Source: Candidatus Cryosericum sp.
GTDB lineage: Bacteria > Caldisericota > Caldisericia > Cryosericales > Cryosericaceae
DNA: 11,455 nucleotides
Direction of reading: 5' to 3'
Assembly (NCBI GenBank): GCA_049699855.1
Contig: JBNAWM010000047.1
Span: forward strand, 1 to 11,455
A program made the position numbers and the translations under genes. Below the pieces are notes generated by a model that ran no database searches, was not told the origin of the DNA, and saw nothing but the letters and a program-made list of their open reading frames with translations. Of the stretch, positions 6,930-11,455 are shown piece after piece. Each line of letters starts with the position of its first letter. Within the stretch, counting starts at the first letter, position 1.

Positions 6930-7853
6930 TCAGACCTCTTCCTCGGTCCCCGCCAGATCAAGCTTACAGCAATCCCGCAACACCGTGGCGATGTCACTCT
7001 CGCCACCTCCGGGATAGGATACATCACCAACCAGCTGCCAGGATTCGAGATGTTCCACCGATTCGCCCGGTTCCAGCGTCTGCAGTGGCGACAGCGTCTC
7101 CATCTCCAGCATGAAGTCGGTCGTGTAGGTCTCAAAGTTCATCCCGAAATCCGGATAGACGCTCCCGGGAAGGAAGGAGAACTGCTTGATGAATGCCGTA
7201 TGCCTGTTGAAGTAGGCAGCCCAGCCTGCGTGGTTTGTGAGGCCTGCCTTGAATGGAGCCTTGATCGAGGGATCCTGGTGGAGAACAGTGAACCGACCTC
7301 CCCAGTGGACGCGTGGGTCATCCATGCGCGCATAGGGCCACAGAGCAATGCATCGGTTGGGAAGCAGTCCCGTCTCGGCACGTGTCTGCGGCAGAACCTC
7401 GACGCCCCCTGGTGCCATCACCGTGATGGCCCATGCCGCCAGGCGGACCGGCCAGGCCCCGCGGTTGGTCAGGCGATGCGTGAGCAGCACCCCTGTTCCC
7501 GTTGCGTCCAGGGACACCTCCAGCTCCTTCTGGATTCCTGTCGCTTCCTCCACCAGCGGCCTCAAAACGATGGAGTTCTCCTTGTCCTCGAAAGGGACTG
7601 CCATGCCGTCCGGCTGATATGTCCGCGGGCTTGCTTCCGGACTGTGCCACAGTCGATGCCCGCCGTACATGTGCCAGCTGTCCCCGCCCGTCAGGCCGTC
7701 TTCGTCACGGACCTCACACAGCACGTTGTCCCCACCGACGAACCCGTATCGGACAATGCGCGGCCCGACATCTGTCGTGACAATCACATCCACCATACCG
7801 TTGGTGAGTCTCCTGCAATGATGCCAGCCGCGAAATTCCACCTGCTCACTCAT
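6930..7853 (-). CDS. Conserved hypothetical protein, DUF4380 / galactose-mutarotase-like fold (307 aa)
   Basis: GW..C.RL.NG.V..IVTTDVGPRI, YGGHRLWHSPE, Y.D.G.NFETYT..MLEMETLSP...LEPGE..EH.E.W. Strong SD GGAGGAGGAG before ATG 7853. Family assignment is from recall. Confidence 0.8.
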   Translation of the reverse strand: MSEQVEFRGWHHCRRLTNGMVDVIVTTDVGPRIVRYGFVGGDNVLCEVRDEDGLTGGDSWHMYGGHRLWHSPEASPRTYQPDGMAVPFEDKENSIVLRPLVEEATGIQKELEVSLDATGTGVLLTHRLTNRGAWPVRLAAWAITVMAPGGVEVLPQTRAETGLLPNRCIALWPYARMDDPRVHWGGRFTVLHQDPSIKAPFKAGLTNHAGWAAYFNRHTAFIKQFSFLPGSVYPDFGMNFETYTTDFMLEMETLSPLQTLEPGESVEHLESWQLVGDVSYPGGGESDIATVLRDCCKLDLAGTEEEV

Positions 7854-7983
7854 GGTCTCCTCCTCCAGCAGTCTCAACTGATGTGTCTGTCCCGCCATGC
7901 ACGCACAGACTGTCGTTCCTGCCAGACCAAAATCCCTGGCAGAACACAGCGCGGCACTCCCTCTGAAACGACGAGAGATTCAT
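7846..7983 (-). CDS. Possible leaderless 45-aa upstream ORF
   Basis: ATG 7983 lies 6 nt after TACACT. ORF MNLSSFQRECRAVFCQ...GGGDHE ends at TGA 7848-7846, overlapping the next start. No recognisable family. Confidence 0.3.
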   Translation of the reverse strand: MNLSSFQRECRAVFCQGFWSGRNDSLCVHGGTDTSVETAGGGDHE

Positions 7984-7989
7984 GGTCTC

Positions 7990-8017
7990 AGTGTAAACGG
8001 AGCAGGCAGGCATGCAA
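7990..8017 (-). promoter_or_regulatory. Candidate sigma70 promoter for the DUF4380-plsY-GT2 unit
   Basis: TTGCAT (8017-8012), 16-nt spacer, TACACT (7995-7990), just downstream of the upstream operon's terminator. Confidence 0.55.
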
Positions 8018-8042
8018 GAAGCCGACGTTTCAGGGATTGGCC

Positions 8043-8084
8043 ACAAGCAATCGGCGGCAAGGAATGGACCCTGCCGCCGATTTT
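8043..8084 (-). terminator. Intrinsic terminator of the dehydrogenase operon
   Basis: Minus strand AATCGGCGGCAGGG-tccatt-CCTTGCCGCCGATT-gcttgt, about 30 nt after the stop at 8113. Confidence 0.75.
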
Positions 8085-8112
8085 GTAAAATGTGTAGACC
8101 TGACCCCGGAGA

Positions 8113-9249
8113 TCAGCCGATGACGGCCTTCTCGGTCAGCAGCTCGCCACGCGCGAAGCGGCGGAAGTTGTAGTGCTCGATGTCGATGCTGGGCTTGCCA
8201 TCCGCAATGTACTCGGCCAGCAGTCTGCCGACGATGGGACCCATCATGAAACCGTGACCGGAGTAGCCGCTGGCCTGGAAAAAGCCCGGAACCTCGTCAA
8301 TCGGTCCCAGCACGGGGTGCGCATCGGGCGACATGACGTAGTAGCCGGCCCACTGGCGCATCAACTTCACACCAGCCAGGCGCGGCACGATCTCGGTCGC
8401 CTCCCGGGCAAATTTCGTCAGGAAGTCAAAGGTGGAGTTGACGTCCGTGGCATTCTTGTCGCCTGTGTCGGTTCCACCCACCACATTTCCACGGTGCGTC
8501 TGCAGATAATACAGGGCATCCTTGACCAGCATGGGACCCAGGAATTGCTCAAGGGGTTCGGTTGCCATGATCTGATGCTTGTCGAGCCGGTAGGGAAGAT
8601 CCACTCCCAGCATCGCCGCTATGCTTCTGGCCTCGGGACCAGCGGCATTGACAAGGTTCTTCGCCTCGACGTTGCCCTGCGTCGTCTGGAGCACAAATGT
8701 ACGGGCACCGCTTTCTTCAATCTGGAATACTCGTGTGGACGTCATGATGTCGACTCCGCCCCTTCGCGCGGCCTGAGCATATCCGGTCACGGTGTCAAAG
8801 GGAAAGGCCATCCCGTCCTTGTCGTACCATTGACCGGCAAGGAAGGAGTCAGTGTTGAGCGAGGGACAGATGTCTTTTGCCTCCTGCCGATCGATAATGC
8901 GGCTCATGACACCGTGGCTGTTCTGAAATGCGACGTTCTGCCGGGCTTTTTCCACCAGCTCGGGCGTATCCCACAGAAATAGGTAGCCGCACGCCTTGAA
9001 GTGGACATCGTAGCCCAGTTCGTCGGACAGATGCTCCCACATCGCCTCCGATTCGCGCAGCAGAACGATCTGGTCGGCACTTGTGAATTGTGCGCGTATT
9101 CCCGATCCACAGCGGCCAGTCGAGCCGCTGCCCAGGTACGATTCCTCCAACACGGCTACGTCCTTGTAGCCCCTCTTGGCAAGCTCATAGGCGATGGCCA
9201 GCCCTGATACTCCTCCTCCGATGATGACACAGTCATAGCTATTTTTCAT
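8113..9249 (-). CDS. FAD-dependent amine oxidoreductase, DAO family (L-proline dehydrogenase beta / sarcosine oxidase beta-like; 378 aa)
   Basis: IIGGGVSG, GSTGRCGSGIRAQF, VNAAG, RQWAGYY..SPD.HP.LG, GYSGHGFMMGP. Start overlaps the upstream gene by 11 nt. Confidence 0.92.
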   Translation of the reverse strand: MKNSYDCVIIGGGVSGLAIAYELAKRGYKDVAVLEESYLGSGSTGRCGSGIRAQFTSADQIVLLRESEAMWEHLSDELGYDVHFKACGYLFLWDTPELVEKARQNVAFQNSHGVMSRIIDRQEAKDICPSLNTDSFLAGQWYDKDGMAFPFDTVTGYAQAARRGGVDIMTSTRVFQIEESGARTFVLQTTQGNVEAKNLVNAAGPEARSIAAMLGVDLPYRLDKHQIMATEPLEQFLGPMLVKDALYYLQTHRGNVVGGTDTGDKNATDVNSTFDFLTKFAREATEIVPRLAGVKLMRQWAGYYVMSPDAHPVLGPIDEVPGFFQASGYSGHGFMMGPIVGRLLAEYIADGKPSIDIEHYNFRRFARGELLTEKAVIG

Positions 9250-9532
9250 CGCCGCTCTCCTTACCCTTGGCGAAGAAGCCCAAAGGAACAGGGTCCACCG
9301 GGGGACGCGTTGTGGGTGTCATGATCTGGCCAAGAGACTGGCCCGTCTCCCGCGCAAGAATTTGGGCAGCAAGCAGGATGCACGTCTTGCCCTGGCAGGG
9401 GCCCAGACCAAACTTGACATAGCGCTTGAGAGATTCCATGTCCGTATACCCCTCGTGGATGGCATCGATGATCTCTTGTGCCGAAATGTCTTCACACCTG
9501 CAGACAATTGTTTTCTCGTCCTCGCTGCTCAT
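9239..9532 (-). CDS. BFD-like [2Fe-2S]-binding small subunit (PdhX-like; 97 aa)
   Basis: IVCRCEDI...GLGPCQGKTC...RPP pattern; GAGGTG SD upstream. Confidence 0.9.
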   Translation of the reverse strand: MSSEDEKTIVCRCEDISAQEIIDAIHEGYTDMESLKRYVKFGLGPCQGKTCILLAAQILARETGQSLGQIMTPTTRPPVDPVPLGFFAKGKESGDEK

Positions 9533-9536
9533 GCCG

Positions 9537-10025
9537 TCACCTCACCTTGATATTGCGCACCTGCTCACACAACGCCGGATCGTCAAATTCCACTGAAATC
9601 AGCGATGATTTGCTGATCGCATCGGCCCTCAGCACGAACTTGACGGTGCCCACTCCCAGTGCAGCGCCATCGCGGCCCAGCAATGTCACCGCATCTCCCT
9701 TGGCGGGGAGTGGCAGGTACTCGTACGGTATGGTGACCGACGGCCTGGCTTTGGACTTGTCCTGGATGAAGATCGCCAGTCCCGGGCACACTTTCAGGCA
9801 GCTCATACATCCCGTGCACTTTGCGAAGTCGACGTGCGGAATGCCGTTGATGCCCTCCATGGAAATCGCATCGAACTTGCAGGCACTGACGCACGGATTG
9901 CATGGAATCTCCTGGATACACTCGATGACTGCAACAGGCCCCTTCTTCTGACGCTCCTCTGACGGCAGGAAGCCGTTTTCGCGCAGATAGGCCGTATCGA
10001 TGATTCCGTCTTCAAAGTGGCTCAT
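9537..10025 (-). CDS. 2x[4Fe-4S] ferredoxin-domain subunit (PdhF-like; 162 aa)
   Basis: ECIQEIPCNPCVSAC and CTGCMSCLKVCPG. ATG 10025 overlaps the upstream TGA (ATGA), with a GAGGTG SD. Confidence 0.9.
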   Translation of the reverse strand: MSHFEDGIIDTAYLRENGFLPSEERQKKGPVAVIECIQEIPCNPCVSACKFDAISMEGINGIPHVDFAKCTGCMSCLKVCPGLAIFIQDKSKARPSVTIPYEYLPLPAKGDAVTLLGRDGAALGVGTVKFVLRADAISKSSLISVEFDDPALCEQVRNIKVR

Positions 10026-11440
10026 TCCAGCACCTCGACGCATTTGAGTCCAGCACAGATCTTCGCCCCGAACGGCCCTGCCCTGAGTTCGTCCAGGTTG
10101 TGCCGCGTCTCCTTCTGCTCCTCGGCGGGGACGCCAACATGACCCAGCTCATAGGCCGCCTGGAGGCCTGCAATCTTCCCCTCCATCATGGCTGTCGAAG
10201 CCTCTTCAACGCCAGAAGCGTCGCCCGCCGCGAAGACATCGGGATTGCTGGTGCGCATCGCCCAGTTTCTCTTCGCGACCCACCCCCCCAGCTCCGGTGA
10301 AAACACCAGGTCCACCTTGGCCTGTTCCAGCAGCTCCGTGGAGGGCTTCAGTCCGGCTGACAGACAGATTGTGTCGCACTCGATGCGCTGTTCGGTTCCC
10401 GCGATGGGCTGCCACTTCGCGTCGACTTCAGCGATAATGGCGGCCTCGACACGGTCGCTGCCCACTGCCTCCAGCACGGTGTGGCGGGTCATGATCGGGA
10501 CGCCGTTCCGGGCAATCTTGCTTGCGTGGACCAGATATCCTCCAACGCGGGGAGCACCTTCAATGACCGCCGCCACTTCGACGCCGGCCTGCATCAACTG
10601 ATAGCTGACAATCAGGCCCACGTTCCCCGCACCAACCATCAGCACCCTGTTCCCCGGTTTGATGCCGTAGACGTTCATCAACGTCTGCGCGGCGCCCGCC
10701 CCGAAGACACCGGGCAGGTCGTTGTTGCGAAACACCAGCATCTTCTCTGCTGCACCGGTTGCAATAATTGTTTTGCGGGGATGAAACAGCACCACGCCCT
10801 TGCTGTCAGCCGCACCAACGGCACCCTGAAACCACCCGAAGGCAGTGAAGCCACTGTAGACGCTTATGCTGGGGTTCGCCCCGACTTCCTCCACCAGGTT
10901 CCTGGCAATGGTGATCCCGCGCGTGCCTGCGTTTTCTCTTGCAGACCCAAAGAACTTGTGTGTCTGCTTGATGAGCTGACCGCCCAGGCGCGGGTTCTGG
11001 TCCACCAAGGTGACACTGGCTCCGCTCTTTGCGGCCCAAAGAGCCGCTTCCAGGCCAGCCGGTCCGCCGCCGACCACCAAGACCTCCGCATCCTGCTCCC
11101 GGACAGCTTTCATGGGCGCCTGCACATCCGGAAATCTGCCATCTCCGTGCTGTGTCTCGATGTTCATTCCATCTGCCACTTCGAGAATGCAGGTGCGCGT
11201 GTTCGGAATGCCGTCAACGCGCATCATGCAGGAGGAGCACTTGCCGATGGCACAGAACATGCCCCTGGGACGATAGAACCGCGAAGACGAACTGAACTGC
11301 TTCACCCCTGCCGCATAAAGAGCCATTGCGACTGTCTCCTGGGGATAGGCTGGTATGGACTTTCCATCGTACGTCACGTGCACCGGGACCCCCCGGCTCC
11401 ACTCAAGGATCGGATGCGTGGTGATACGGCTGTCTTCCAC
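10022..11440 (-). CDS. [2Fe-2S]/FAD/NAD(P) oxidoreductase subunit (proline dehydrogenase alpha / sarcosine oxidase alpha N-terminal-like; 472 aa)
   Basis: RPRGMFCAIGKCSSC...TRTC (2Fe-2S), VVGGGPAG, IATGA, VGAGNVG, FAAGD. GTG start at 11440 with GAGGTG SD. Confidence 0.92.
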   Translation of the reverse strand: MEDSRITTHPILEWSRGVPVHVTYDGKSIPAYPQETVAMALYAAGVKQFSSSSRFYRPRGMFCAIGKCSSCMMRVDGIPNTRTCILEVADGMNIETQHGDGRFPDVQAPMKAVREQDAEVLVVGGGPAGLEAALWAAKSGASVTLVDQNPRLGGQLIKQTHKFFGSARENAGTRGITIARNLVEEVGANPSISVYSGFTAFGWFQGAVGAADSKGVVLFHPRKTIIATGAAEKMLVFRNNDLPGVFGAGAAQTLMNVYGIKPGNRVLMVGAGNVGLIVSYQLMQAGVEVAAVIEGAPRVGGYLVHASKIARNGVPIMTRHTVLEAVGSDRVEAAIIAEVDAKWQPIAGTEQRIECDTICLSAGLKPSTELLEQAKVDLVFSPELGGWVAKRNWAMRTSNPDVFAAGDASGVEEASTAMMEGKIAGLQAAYELGHVGVPAEEQKETRHNLDELRAGPFGAKICAGLKCVEVLE

Positions 11441-11455
11441 TTTTTCACCTCTCCA

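Noticed and set aside
7854..8045. Known riboswitch in the leader of the DUF4380 gene
   Set aside because: Several hairpins, but no consensus of a riboswitch class I can recognise. An Rfam scan would be needed.
398..8982. Long antisense ORFs (398-1168, 2406-3158, 3804-4424, 5210-6022, 7050-8123, 8173-8982)
   Set aside because: Shadows of real genes, expected with GC-rich codon usage. They have no recognisable motifs or ribosome-binding sites.
8113..11440. Canonical sarcosine oxidase soxBDAG or HCN synthase hcnABC
   Set aside because: Gene order and sizes differ: there is no SoxD, SoxG or folate-binding domain, and an extra 2x[4Fe-4S] subunit is present.

Overview
Bacterial chromosomal window, roughly 60% GC by eye, with 11 complete genes and the last codons of an upstream gene. 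From left to right: (1) a lower-GC intergenic stretch holding a degenerate long inverted repeat and a CGTC/dRS3-type palindrome with three 19-bp tandem units; (2) a stand-alone mnmG (gidA) with several altered consensus motifs; (3) three exported or envelope proteins: a probably leaderless beta-lactamase-family serine hydrolase, a divergently transcribed Ala/Lys-rich helical secreted protein and a Gmad2-domain lipoprotein; (4) a minus-strand three-gene unit encoding a DUF4380-like protein, a PlsY paralog and a CrtQ/CruC-like GT2 glycosyltransferase, preceded by a possible leaderless 45-aa uORF; (5) a tightly coupled four-gene flavin/Fe-S amine dehydrogenase operon whose order and sizes match the Thermococcus profundus pdhAFXB L-proline dehydrogenase complex. 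No rRNA, tRNA, CRISPR array or intact transposase was seen. All family assignments come from motifs recognised by eye; no searches were run.
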